Assembly: GCA_963695095.1 (NCBI GenBank)
Contig: CAVOFT010000001.1
Span: 3,488,001 to 3,552,000, forward strand
Reading direction: 5' to 3'
DNA length: 64,000 nucleotides
Source of the DNA: an uncultured bacterium
Lineage (GTDB): Bacteria > Krumholzibacteriota > Krumholzibacteriia > JACNKJ01
The stretch's first letter is position 1. Each line of letters starts with the position of its first letter. A program made the translations under genes and the position numbers. The notes beneath the pieces were generated by a model, which worked only from the letters and a program-made list of their open reading frames with translations, was not told the origin of the DNA and searched no databases. This document shows, piece after piece, positions 40,918 through 51,236 of the stretch.

Positions 40918-41715
40918 CTAGCGTGGGTGGGACTGCCAGGCGTCGATCCCATGGCAGTACTTGGAGTAGGATTGGCGGCGGAGGTCGAAGTCGCGAACCA
41001 GGCGAGCCATCCAACTCGGCATGCGCTGGTCGAACTTCAGCTCGAGGATGAAATGGCCATCCTCGAAGGCACGCAGCTCGCGCTCCGCAAAGAGCTGGTC
41101 CAGGCGGGGATCGATGAGACTGCGAAGCCTGAGATCGAAGGTCACGCGCGAATCCGGGTGATCGACGCCGACCATGGGCTCGCGCTCATAGCTCACCAGG
41201 ACCACCGGTCGCAGGTTGTTGGCGCGGACGTTGTAGCGAAAGCGCTGGATGACGCAACGCTTGGTGAAGGGCAGCGAGGCCTCCAGGCCGCTCCCGCCTG
41301 CCAGCGCCGGCAGCAGCTGGCTCGCGGGCAGTGACAGGCGTTCCTTGAAGCCGAGCCGGCCGTGCTTGCGCTTGATTTCGAAGAAAATCGGCGCATTGTC
41401 CGCGGGGCGTTCGTAGCCGCGGATGCGCAGCTTCTTGCGGACGCAGACGCTGTCCGCTTTCTCGTGATAGAAGACCAGATCCTCGCTATCGAAGTAGATG
41501 CTGCGCACCGTATAGCGTCGCTCCGGGCGGTTGAGCGCAAAGGGATCGGGCGCGACGCAGCCCACCAGCGCACGCCGAAGCTCGGGCACCATGGTCAGCG
41601 GCAGGCGGTACTTGTACTCGTAGCGATGGAAGCCTGCGGCGGGCGACGGAGCAGCGATGCGGTCGATCTGCGGACCGACAGCTTGCCCGGTGCCGGTTGC
41701 GCGATTCGCGCTCAT
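40918..41715 (-). CDS. VTC-domain (CYTH-like polyphosphate polymerase domain) protein
   Basis: RYEYKY, SIYFD, KLRIRGY, FEIKRK, RVTFD, LELKF and SKY. Confidence 0.9.
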   Translation of the reverse strand: MSANRATGTGQAVGPQIDRIAAPSPAAGFHRYEYKYRLPLTMVPELRRALVGCVAPDPFALNRPERRYTVRSIYFDSEDLVFYHEKADSVCVRKKLRIRGYERPADNAPIFFEIKRKHGRLGFKERLSLPASQLLPALAGGSGLEASLPFTKRCVIQRFRYNVRANNLRPVVLVSYEREPMVGVDHPDSRVTFDLRLRSLIDPRLDQLFAERELRAFEDGHFILELKFDQRMPSWMARLVRDFDLRRQSYSKYCHGIDAWQSHPR

Positions 41716-42812
41716 GGGCCCAGTTCCCGGAACAGGGCCGACTGGAGCCCACGCCTGGCGCGGGTGAGCAGGGTGCTGCGCCCCACGCTGATGCGCGCGC
41801 GGCCTTGCATACCTGCTTCGAGGCGGCCGTCGACATCGGGCAGGAGACCCACAGCGCGAATATAAGGCCCGCGCTCGGTGGGAATGACATCCTGCTCCAC
41901 CCGCAGCAGAGTGCCATGGAAGACCTCGTTGCCCAATCCGGGAATCAAGGCGTGGATAGCTTGCCCTGACTCGAGCTCATCCGCGCGCCGCTGGGGCAGC
42001 AGCACGCTGGCCACGAAGCTATCCGTGGCCGCGACGCGCAGCAGAACGCCGGCTTCAGGATTCATCCGCAGCTCGCCCGCGATGGGCGACCGGATCGCCA
42101 GGCTGCTGTGAACGGCTTCCACCGCCTGGAGCTCGCGCTCCAGGGCAAGCAGGGCATCCTCGGCGCGGGCGATCTCCGTGGGGCGATCCCCGCTCTCGAG
42201 CACTTCGATCTCGGCCGCCGCAAGCAACAGGTCGAGCTGGAGGAGGTCGTGCCGCGCCTGGATCTCCTCCCACTCCTGGACGCTGATCCCGCCCTCCGCG
42301 AAGAGCGCCTGGCTGCGCGCGTAGTGCGCGGACTGCGACGCCAGTTCGGAGGCCGCTCGCTCCCGCTTCAAGTGGGCATGGCTCAATTCCGCTGGCTTGG
42401 CTCCGGCCCGCAGGCTCACCAGCCGGCCCCTGGCCTCTGCCAGCGCAGTACTGCGTTCCGCCAGCTCCAGGTCGAGATTGCTGGAGCTCAACTCCGCCAC
42501 GACGTCACCGGCTCGGACCCTGGCGCCGGGAAGCCCGGTGTCCCCGATGCCCAGCTCCAGCACCGCCTCCCGGGAGAACTGGTGAATGCGGCAACCCAGG
42601 ATGCGCCCAGCGAGGCGATCTTCGGTGCGCGCTTCGTAGGAGCCCACCCGACGCTCCAGGAGCGTCCAGGCCCGTACCGGCTCGAGGACGCAATAGCCCG
42701 AAACTCGCCCCTCCAGGGGAAGGTAGGCGCTGCACAGAATCACCAAACCCAGCGCACCGAGGATACCGAGCCAAAGGCTCAGGACGCGGCGCGGTCTAGG
42801 GACGAAAGACAT
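41712..42812 (-). CDS. HlyD-like periplasmic adaptor protein
   Basis: N-terminal TM, VRAGDVVAEL lipoyl half, long coiled coil, IRSPIAG and L.AGMQGRARI. Confidence 0.75.
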   Translation of the reverse strand: MSFVPRPRRVLSLWLGILGALGLVILCSAYLPLEGRVSGYCVLEPVRAWTLLERRVGSYEARTEDRLAGRILGCRIHQFSREAVLELGIGDTGLPGARVRAGDVVAELSSSNLDLELAERSTALAEARGRLVSLRAGAKPAELSHAHLKRERAASELASQSAHYARSQALFAEGGISVQEWEEIQARHDLLQLDLLLAAAEIEVLESGDRPTEIARAEDALLALERELQAVEAVHSSLAIRSPIAGELRMNPEAGVLLRVAATDSFVASVLLPQRRADELESGQAIHALIPGLGNEVFHGTLLRVEQDVIPTERGPYIRAVGLLPDVDGRLEAGMQGRARISVGRSTLLTRARRGLQSALFRELGP

Positions 42813-42944
42813 GGCCTCCTGCACCTCGAGAGGCAGCGCCGACAGCTGGGGGAGCCCCGAGGCGGCGTGAATGTGCTGAGCGACGGTTGGGGCGGGTGCA
42901 ATGCCCGCCCCGCTGTTTCGATTCGGTGCTGTGCCGTGCCGAGA

Positions 42945-43394
42945 TCATGGCCGGCCTTCGTGCGCCCCGGGCGCCCCGCTGGCACGAGGCTGGGGGGCTC
43001 GCGGTCCATGGCTGCGGCTGAATGCCTCGAATTTCGAGACCTGTTCGCCGATCAGCAAAGCCTTCACCGAGTTCTCCAGTTTCTTGCGCAGGGCGTCCAT
43101 CGCCTCGCGGCCGGGCCGCTGCCCAGTTCCAGCGCCGGCCATCAGCTGCTCGACCTCGGCGAAGTGCGCGAAGTGGAGCGCCGTGATCCGCACGCGCTGC
43201 TCCTCGCTCAGGGAGACCGCCGCGGCCATCTCGGTCATCATCCGCTCGATCTGCACGGAGTCGGGCGGCGCGGGGGGCTGCATCTCGCCACCCCCGGGCC
43301 TCTGTCCGCGGCTGCCCGCGGGAGCGCTCAGCGCGGCACCCGCCCACAGCAGGCAGAGGAGCAGCAGTGCGGTCGATTTGCTTGGGTTCTTCAT
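42945..43394 (-). CDS. Small secreted Spy/CpxP-like helical protein
   Basis: Signal peptide; LSEEQ and LIGEQ (LTxEQ-like) motifs; Gly/Pro-rich ends. Confidence 0.65.
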   Translation of the reverse strand: MKNPSKSTALLLLCLLWAGAALSAPAGSRGQRPGGGEMQPPAPPDSVQIERMMTEMAAAVSLSEEQRVRITALHFAHFAEVEQLMAGAGTGQRPGREAMDALRKKLENSVKALLIGEQVSKFEAFSRSHGPRAPQPRASGAPGAHEGRP

Positions 43395-43597
43395 GACCTT
43401 CTCCTTCGTCGACTTGCGTTGCGCAGGGGTGTCACTGCCTGACTGAACGCCTGGGCCTGCCATCCCTTTCGCTGGAGCTACTTGCACTCGCATCATCGAA
43501 AGCGGGCGAGTTGCTGCAGTCCCTCGCTGTGCGTGGCCATGGCGTAAGCACTTCCGGCAGAGGCGGGTCCTCGGCGTCGTCTCGCCGCCGTAGGTGG

Positions 43598-46070
43598 TCA
43601 GCGAAGCAGGATCAGTCTCCCTGTCCGGAGCTCGGCACCGAGGGAAAGTTGCGACAGGTAGACACCCGATGGCGCGGAGTCACCACTCCGGTCGCGCCCA
43701 TCCCAGACGACCTGGTACCGTCCGGCCGGTAGGGTCCTGTCGAGGAGGTTGGCGATCAGCCGGCCTTCCACGTCGTAGATCTCCAGGCCTACCCGGCCCG
43801 CGCTGGGAAGCTCGAAGGAGAGCGTCGTCTGCGGATTGAATGGATTGGGAAAGTTGGTCAGGAGGCGCAGCGCGGCAGGCGCAGATGCGGGTACGCTGGA
43901 CGAGCCGCTATTGCTCGCACCCGGCGTGGGCGTGGTGAAGAACGCCCAGCTGTCCCCGCCGTCACGGCTGCGACCCTCACTGACATTGCTGGTCTGCGCG
44001 CCGAAGGCGTAGCCGTCGATCGCCTCGTTACCCGCGGCGAGACGCCCGAACAGGCCGATCTCCTCGCCGTCGCCGCTCAGCTTGAAGTTCGCGTGCAGGG
44101 GGCCGTCCGACTCGTCGCTGTCGCACCAGACCAGGAGGAAGCCGCCGGCCGCGAGCAGCGTGTCGGGGAAGGCCCACTGTGTCGTGAGCGCGAGGTCGTC
44201 GGTCAGGAACAGACCGGCCATCTGGACCGCGTCGGGGCCGGGATTGTAGATCTCGACCCAGTCCTCGTACTCGCCGGCCTCGTCCTGGATGCCCGCGTCG
44301 TTCAGGGCCATGAACTCGTTGATCCACAGCGTGATCGACTCGGGCTCCTGCGGATTCTGGTTCTCGGCGCCGGGCGTGGCCAGGGACAGCATGGACCAGT
44401 CGCCCGTCGCCGTCGGGCCAGCGGCCCCAGCTGACGTCCGTGCCGAGTGCGGGGAAGGTGACCTGATCGATGATCACGGCGCCGTCGGTGAGGAAGACAT
44501 CCTCCCCATCGGTGTCGAGCTTGAAGGGAGCGTGCAGAGCGCCCTCGGCGGGCTCCTCGTCCGCCCATACGATCACGTACTCACCGGGGGCCAGGGACAT
44601 CGACGGGAACACGAAGTCGGGCGTTCCCTCCAGGTGATCGGTGAGGCCCAGGCCGCTCAGATCGAGGCTCATGCTGCCGGTATTGGCAATCTCGATCCAG
44701 TCCTCGTAGTCGCCGGCCCCGTCGGCGATCGTAGCGCCGTTGTCTGCCATCACCTCGTTCAGGACCAGGCCCGTCGGCGCGGTCCAGGTGCCGAGCAGCC
44801 CCTGCAGGTAGTTGTACCGGGAGGTGACGAAGGTCTGCAGGGCGGGGATCAGGCGGGGCGGCCCACCGACCGCTGCGTAGACGTTCGCGGTCATGCAGGC
44901 CTCGAACTGAGCCGGTGTGAACATCGTGTTGGGGTCGTCATACACAAAGGGTCGGATCATGTCCCGGAGCTCTGCCATGCGCGCGACGAGCGTGGCTGGA
45001 ACCGCCGCCGTGGACATCAGCTTCCGCATGTGCCCAAGATAGACGTCGACGTAAGCGTCCACTTGCCAGAGGCGCTCGGCCAGGGGGCGATTCGCGCCGG
45101 GCTGGGGATTGGTCCAGTAGGGGCTCAGCTGGTGCATCTGGGTCGTCGAGAGGTTGTACATGTTGAAGATGCCCCAGGACTCATTCTGGTCCCACTTGGT
45201 GAAAACGAAGCGGTCGTCCAGATCGCGGTGGTAGAAGTAGAAGTTGGCGCAGCGGCCGACGTAGCTATCCAGGTTGACCGTGTAGTTGTCGACGGCGAGC
45301 ATCGCGAGCGCGGAACTGACGTCGAGCCGGTTGTGCAGACTATCGGACAGCGCTGAGATGGGCGTGTTGTTGAGCTTGTCGACGAAATCCACGAGATCGG
45401 ACCAGTCGTTGGCCGTCTCGTTGGTCTTCAGCTCGTAGTCGTCGTAGTAGGCGGACTCGGCGGAACCTAGATACTCGAGAGTGCCCGCGGGCTCACCCTT
45501 CCACAGATTGCCGTCCTCGCCGGTGCCCCAGCGGCTCTCGATGAACTCCTGGTCCTGCTGCTCTACCAATAGGTAGAGGCCCCAGTAGCTGCCGTTGATG
45601 GTCAGGGCGGTATAGTTCGTGCGGCAGGTGGCCATGCCCAGGGCCTCGCAGAGTTCGTAGGTCGCTTTCTCCCGGACATAGCTCGGGTCGAGGAAGCAGT
45701 TGTTCAGGCTGAGCTTGTCCAGCCCCTCGAACTCCTGGCCCGTCACGAACTCGTCGATGTCCAGCTTGAATGACTTCTTGAGCCCGTAATAGCCCCAGTA
45801 GCTGCTGTTGCCCTTGAAGCGCACGCCAATGGTCTCGAGATGCGTCGACCCCCAGTCGAGGCTGGCCTCGAGGTAGGGCGGGTCGTCGAAGTTCTCGAAG
45901 TTGGTGGTCAGCTGCTGCCACCAATCGGGCTGAGCAAAAGTCAACTGGATCTCGTGGACCGCGTCCCCTTCGAACAGGGGATTCGACGCCGGGCTCAAGG
46001 CCCCGAGGGCGGCAGTCCCCGGAAGGAGCAATGCAATCGTGACGAGGATCGAGAGCTTGACCTGATTCAT
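43598..46070 (-). CDS. CotH-family kinase with two lamin-tail domains and FlgD-Ig tail (frameshift near 44405)
   Basis: GVRFKGNSS, KKSFKLD, NFYFY..WDQN; two INE.MA..DW.EI domains; FPNPFNP..WDGRD tail; ORFs 44028..46070 and 43598..44392. Confidence 0.88.
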
Positions 46071-46121
46071 GGTGGGGTCCCCTGCTGGATCGGTGGATTC
46101 GAATTCGTCGGCTCGTTCGGC

Positions 46122-46721
46122 TCAACGAACGTGGACGCGAATCCTTTCGGACTTCTCGAGGGCTCTCGTGCGGCTAGGGCGGCGGCGGGCTCCCGTGGCG
46201 CGGCGGGGGGGGCCGCCCGGGCCGCGCTGCGGCCGGCCAGAGATCATGGGCTCCACGGTGGAGAACCTAAGCCGCTGCTCCGGCGTCAGCACGGCGCCTT
46301 CCGCCACCAGCATCACGGCGGAGAGGGAATCCATCCTGGCGCGGGCAGTCCCGACCGCCACGGCCAGCTGGCGAAACCCCTGCGGGTCGAACTCCGGTGC
46401 GGCGAAGGACGCCGCAAGTTCGCGGCCGGTCCGGGCCACGTCGGACTGGAGTTCGAGAAGCAGGGGGGCATGGGGCTCCAGCACCTCGCGAATGGCCTGC
46501 TGCTGCGTCACATCGAGGCCCAGGTGGCGGGTGATCCCCTGCAGGTGGATTTCCACGAACTGCTCGGGGCTAGGCGGAGGACCCTGGTCGGGGTGTCCGT
46601 CGCCCGGCAGTGGCGGCTGATCCTGGGAGTCACCCCAGCCATGGATGAGCGTTGTTGCGATCACGCCCACATTCAGGCCGACGGATAGGGCGAGCAGCAG
46701 GACGATGAGCCGTTTCGACAT
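46122..46721 (-). CDS. Periplasmic heavy-metal-sensor / Spy-CpxP-like protein
   Basis: SVGLNVG TM motif and VLTPEQR; follows the anti-sigma gene. Confidence 0.8.
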   Translation of the reverse strand: MSKRLIVLLLALSVGLNVGVIATTLIHGWGDSQDQPPLPGDGHPDQGPPPSPEQFVEIHLQGITRHLGLDVTQQQAIREVLEPHAPLLLELQSDVARTGRELAASFAAPEFDPQGFRQLAVAVGTARARMDSLSAVMLVAEGAVLTPEQRLRFSTVEPMISGRPQRGPGGPPRRATGARRRPSRTRALEKSERIRVHVR

Positions 46722-46732
46722 GGTTTGCCTCC

Positions 46733-47146
46733 TCAGTCCTGCCCGGACTGGTAGACGCCCAGCAGGGAGGAACTTGCGGCGCTGTCCCAGAGGGTCACGG
46801 TTTCCATCCAGGCCAGCTCGTTCCCGGCCTGCTTCTCGCCGAAGCGGACCGGCCCCAGCAGCACGCCGAGGAGGATGCCCGCTGCGCAGGCAGCAATCGC
46901 GTAGGCAGGCCTGAACCTCGATCCGTGCCTCTCTCCGGGCTGCACCCGCGGCCAGACTGCGCGGGCCAGCTTGGGGGCCGGAGTGCTGGCCAGGATTCCT
47001 GACAGGCGCTGCAGTTCGGCCAGTTCTGCTCGGCAGGTCTCGCAGCGCTCACAGTGCGAGGCAAGCTCCGCCGCGGTGACCGGATCCAGTTCGTCGTCAT
47101 GATAGGCCTGCAGCACCGGTCCGGCCGGATGCTTCGCCTTGCTCAT
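46733..47146 (-). CDS. Zinc-finger (ZAS) anti-sigma factor
   Basis: H..LQAYHDDEL..HCERCETC and one TM helix. Confidence 0.85.
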   Translation of the reverse strand: MSKAKHPAGPVLQAYHDDELDPVTAAELASHCERCETCRAELAELQRLSGILASTPAPKLARAVWPRVQPGERHGSRFRPAYAIAACAAGILLGVLLGPVRFGEKQAGNELAWMETVTLWDSAASSSLLGVYQSGQD

Positions 47147-47700
47147 TGCTCATTCCTCCAAGATACGAGGTCCTTTCTCAGCGCGTTCATCGCCCGGTGC
47201 AGCAGCATCTGCACTGAGGCGATCGAGGTCCCCATCGTCTCGGCGATCTCCTGGTAGCGCAAATCCTGGTACTGCTTCAGCACCAACGCCTGCCGCTGTC
47301 GTTCAGGCAGGCGCCCGATGGCCGCCTGCACACGGTCGCTCTCCTGCCGACCGGCGAGTTCGTCGAAGGCGTCCGGCCCCGATGCCGGCCTCTCGGCATG
47401 ATCCTCTGTCAGCGGCAGCCAGCGCAGGATCTTGCGGCGGCGCAGCCGGCTGCGCGCCTGGTTGCCCGCAATGCGGAAGAGCCAGCTCTGGAACTTCCCT
47501 TCGGGCTGATAGCCATCCGCAGCCTTGATCACGTTGACGAAGGTGTCCTGGCACAGGTCTTCAGCCTCCTCCGCCGAGCCGAGCATGCGCACCAAAAAGC
47601 CGAACACGGGCTGTTCCCAGCGCTCCACGAGAATCCGGAGAGCGTTCTCGTCGCCCGCACGATAGTCGCTCATCAGGGCGTCGTCGTTTCGGTCTGTCAT
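47143..47700 (-). CDS. ECF RNA polymerase sigma factor
   Basis: AEDLCQDTF, WLFRIA.N and LPERQR..YQEIAE..LHRA. Confidence 0.93.
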   Translation of the reverse strand: MTDRNDDALMSDYRAGDENALRILVERWEQPVFGFLVRMLGSAEEAEDLCQDTFVNVIKAADGYQPEGKFQSWLFRIAGNQARSRLRRRKILRWLPLTEDHAERPASGPDAFDELAGRQESDRVQAAIGRLPERQRQALVLKQYQDLRYQEIAETMGTSIASVQMLLHRAMNALRKDLVSWRNEQ

Positions 47701-47972
47701 GCAGTCCGTTCTGCCCAACGCAGGGTGCGGCATTTTCTTTCGGGATATCTGCGGACGATTCGAGGCCAGAATAGGCAAGAGCGGCGGATGCTGTCAAAGC
47801 GGGGCGGAAGAAAAGCCCGAAAGGCCGAGAGTCTCCAGACGTTCTGCCGGACGATAGCAGACCATCGGAGAATCGGTGGATCGACCGGCAAGCTGGCTCG
47901 GATCGACCCGGATGAGGAGCGCTGCAATGGTCATCAGACGAATCGGCAGCTGCATCGGCTGATCTGGGTCCG

Positions 47973-48683
47973 TGTAAACCGAACACCTGCCTTCCAATCA
48001 GCAAGGCTCGCCAGTTGATGGGCTACAGCCGCGCCAAGTTCTACGAGATCCTCCGCAAATACCTAGCTTACGGTTCCCAGGGCCTGCTGGACATGCTGCC
48101 GGGTCCAAGACCCCCCACCCCAATCGCGTAACTCCCGAGGTCGATCAGGCCGTGCTCGAGCATGGCCTCCGGCATCCGAGCCACGGGCCAATGCGGGTCA
48201 GCCAGGAGCTGCGGCTCGAGGGTATTCACGTCAGCGGCAAGGGCGTCCGCAGCGTCTGGAGCCGACACAAGCTCCTGACGAAGCTTGATCGGCTGTTGCG
48301 CCTGGAGAAGACGATGCGTGAGCAGCGCCTCTAGCTGAGTGACGAGCAGATCCGCCTTCGTGGACACGCTCAAGGGCGTAGGCCGCATCTGCCTGCAGGC
48401 TGTTCCTGTAGCTGAAGGAGATCGAGCACAGCAGAACCTGGGTGCAGCGGCCCCAGAGCAACGGCTATGTGGAGCGCCTGCACCGGACGCTTCTCGATGA
48501 ACACTTCCGATGATGGGCCGCACCAGGGTCGAGGCATGGAGAGCCGGACGCCCTGGCAGGCTTTCAAGGATGGCCCGAAGCTGCGACCGAAGACGAAGGC
48601 TGTCAAGGAGGAGGTCGAGAAGGAGGCCGCCTAGAGAGCAACCCAAGCAGGTGCGACTGCCAGGTGATTTTGGACTCGGTACA
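47973..48683 (+). mobile_element. IS481-family transposase remnant, heavily degraded
   Basis: MGYSR..FYEI..YG..GL, PHPNRV..HGPMRVSQEL..GVRSVW.RH and NGYVERLHRT..EHF; TGT...ACA ends; stops and deletions. Confidence 0.75.
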
Positions 48684-48822
48684 GCCTAGCGGTACGTGTG
48701 GGGCATGAAGGCCCATCGAATCTTCGAGGCACTATTTCGTGCGAAGGTATTTTCGACCTCAGGAGTTTGGCCCGGCAAGAGTCGACGCCTTTTCTTCCAT
48801 CGCCCGATTCAGGAGTTTTGTC

Positions 48823-50238
48823 ATGAAAGGCCCCAAGAACAGCTCCATGCCGACCGTATTGGCGTCAGTCGTCCTTTTCCTGGCCCTAGCCTTCATGGCC
48901 GGCTGCAGCAATGACGACATCACCCAACCCACGACGGTTAATGACACCGTGGACGATACCGATTTCGAAGCCACAGACTGGACCAGCGCCACCCATAGCA
49001 AGGATGCGGACCTGAATTTCGACGAGGTGTTCGAGGACAATACCGTCAAGAGAATCGACATCGTCATCACCGCTGCGCGCTGGCAGACCATGCTGGACAA
49101 CATGACGGACCTGTACGGGGCATTCGGTACCCATGGGGGTATGCCGCTCGATTTCGACCAGGATCCGGTTTTCGTACCGGCCGAGGTGTTCTACAACGGT
49201 GTCGAGTGGTATCGGGTTGGTTTGCGCTTCAAGGGAAACTCCAGCTTGGTTTCAGCCTGGCAGAGAGGAATCTTGAAGCTGGCCTTCAAGCTCGATTTCG
49301 ACGAATTCGAGGATACTTACCCACAGATCGACAATCAGCGGTTCTACGGCTTCAAGAAGCTGAGCCTCAAGAACAACTACGACGACCAATCCATGCTGAG
49401 AGAAAAAGTCGCCGGTGATGTTTTCCGCAATGCCGGGTTGGCCGGATCTCATACGGCGTTCTACACCCTCTATGTCGATTTTGGGGAGGGACCCGTCTAT
49501 TTCGGCGTCTATACCCTGGTCGAAGAAGTCGACGACACCGTCCTGGAAACCCAGTTCGCGGATGACGGCGGCAACCTGTACAAGCCCGACGGTGACGGAG
49601 CCTCCTTCGAAGCTGGGACCTTCAGTCAAGACGTCTTTGTGAAGAAGACCAACGAGGTTGATTCCGACTGGTCGGACATCCAGGGCCTGTTCGACGCCTT
49701 GCACGACGACACCCGAACCCTGGACCCCGCGACCTGGCGCACCAACCTGGATGCTGTCCTTGATACCGAGGCCTTTCTCAAGTATCTGTCGGTCAACACC
49801 GTCATTCAGAACTGGGACACTTACGGGCGAATGACCCACAACTACTACCTCTACAACAATCCTGACACCGGCAAGCTGACCTGGATCAGCTGGGACAACA
49901 ACGAAGCCCTGGAAGAAGGAAAGCTGGGGGGATCCCTGGCCCTAGATTTCTCAGACCTGGAAAGCGGTCGGTGGCCCCTAATAGAGTACCTGTACGCGGA
50001 CGACGTCTATCGGTCCCGATACGACGCATTTGTTTCAGAGACCATCGATGGCGCCTTCAACACGAGTGCGATCCAGGCCACGTATGCGGCCTATGCATCG
50101 CTGATAGAACCGTATGCCACCACAGAGATCGCCGGGTATACCTTCCTCAACGGAGGCGGGGATTTTCATAGGGCCATTTCGGAGCTGAACCAGCACGCTC
50201 TCCAAAGAGCCTTGGCCGTAAGCAACTACCTGGACTAG
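48823..50238 (+). CDS. CotH-family kinase lipoprotein
   Basis: Lipobox FMAGC; GLRFKGNSS, NWDTYG..HNYYLY and WDNNEA. Confidence 0.9.
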   Translation: MKGPKNSSMPTVLASVVLFLALAFMAGCSNDDITQPTTVNDTVDDTDFEATDWTSATHSKDADLNFDEVFEDNTVKRIDIVITAARWQTMLDNMTDLYGAFGTHGGMPLDFDQDPVFVPAEVFYNGVEWYRVGLRFKGNSSLVSAWQRGILKLAFKLDFDEFEDTYPQIDNQRFYGFKKLSLKNNYDDQSMLREKVAGDVFRNAGLAGSHTAFYTLYVDFGEGPVYFGVYTLVEEVDDTVLETQFADDGGNLYKPDGDGASFEAGTFSQDVFVKKTNEVDSDWSDIQGLFDALHDDTRTLDPATWRTNLDAVLDTEAFLKYLSVNTVIQNWDTYGRMTHNYYLYNNPDTGKLTWISWDNNEALEEGKLGGSLALDFSDLESGRWPLIEYLYADDVYRSRYDAFVSETIDGAFNTSAIQATYAAYASLIEPYATTEIAGYTFLNGGGDFHRAISELNQHALQRALAVSNYLD

Positions 50239-50340
50239 TGAAAGCTCCATGCTTCAAGTTCAGCGGCAGCGCGAAAGGGAGAGCGGCGAAGCGGGGGGCT
50301 AACTTGGACCGGAATCACCGCAATCCGCAGGAGCTAGGAA

Positions 50341-50556
50341 ATGACCATAAGTAGCATAAATGGATGCATCGGTTGCGAGGAATGCGTGCAGTCTTGCCCA
50401 TGCGATGTCATTCAAATGGACAAGGCGACCGGCAAGGCGATGATTGCATATCCGGCCGATTGCCAGATCTGCCATCTGTGTCGGATGTACTGCCCGGTGG
50501 ACGCGATCACCATCTCGCCGGAGAAGTCCATCCCGGTCGCGGTTTCCTGGGGGTAG
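50341..50556 (+). CDS. 2x[4Fe-4S] ferredoxin (AprB-like)
   Basis: CIGCEECVQSCP and CQICHLCRMYCP. Confidence 0.92.
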   Translation: MTISSINGCIGCEECVQSCPCDVIQMDKATGKAMIAYPADCQICHLCRMYCPVDAITISPEKSIPVAVSWG

Positions 50557-50558
50557 TC

Positions 50559-51236
50559 ATGAAACCCAACGCAAGAGCCTTTGTCCTTGCCGCCGCCCTG
50601 GCGGTTTTCATCGGCCTGCCGCTGCTCCTTTACACGCTGGACGGCGTGCCCCGCCGGTCGTTCCTGAAAGAGGCGATATCGGTGCTGACCCTGCTGTCCT
50701 TCTCCCTGATGCTGGGCCAGTTCTTCCTCGCGCGCAGCAACGCGGCGCTCCTGGAACTGTTCAGGCCGCGCCAGATCCAGAAGGTACACAAGGTCATCGC
50801 CTACGGCGCGGTAGGCGTGTTCTCGGTGCATCCGTTCCTGATCGTGCTGCCGCGATACTTCGAGGCGGGGGTAAAGCCCGGAGATGCGCTGATCACCCTG
50901 TTGACCACCTTCGCCAGCCTCGGCGTCCTGCTAGGTATTGCCGCCTGGGGGTTGATGGTGGTGATGCTGGTCACGGCGATGTTCCGCATGGCGCTGGTCA
51001 AGCGCTTTTCCATCCACTATCGCCACTGGCGCTTCTTCCACAGCGGGCTGACGGTGACCTTCATTGCCATCGCCATGTGGCATGCGATTGAACTGGGGCG
51101 TCACACCGACGCCGCCATGGCCACGTTCATGATCACGCTCGCGGCGATCGGTGTGGCGATGCTGGCGCGTCTGTACTGGGCCGCACGACCGAAGACACCC
51201 ACACCTGCTGTGGTTTCTGAAGGAGCCAAGTCATGA
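50559..51236 (+). CDS. Ferric-reductase-like transmembrane (heme b) protein
   Basis: About 6 TM helices with His pairs (VHK..VHP; FH..WH). Confidence 0.8.
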   Translation: MKPNARAFVLAAALAVFIGLPLLLYTLDGVPRRSFLKEAISVLTLLSFSLMLGQFFLARSNAALLELFRPRQIQKVHKVIAYGAVGVFSVHPFLIVLPRYFEAGVKPGDALITLLTTFASLGVLLGIAAWGLMVVMLVTAMFRMALVKRFSIHYRHWRFFHSGLTVTFIAIAMWHAIELGRHTDAAMATFMITLAAIGVAMLARLYWAARPKTPTPAVVSEGAKS

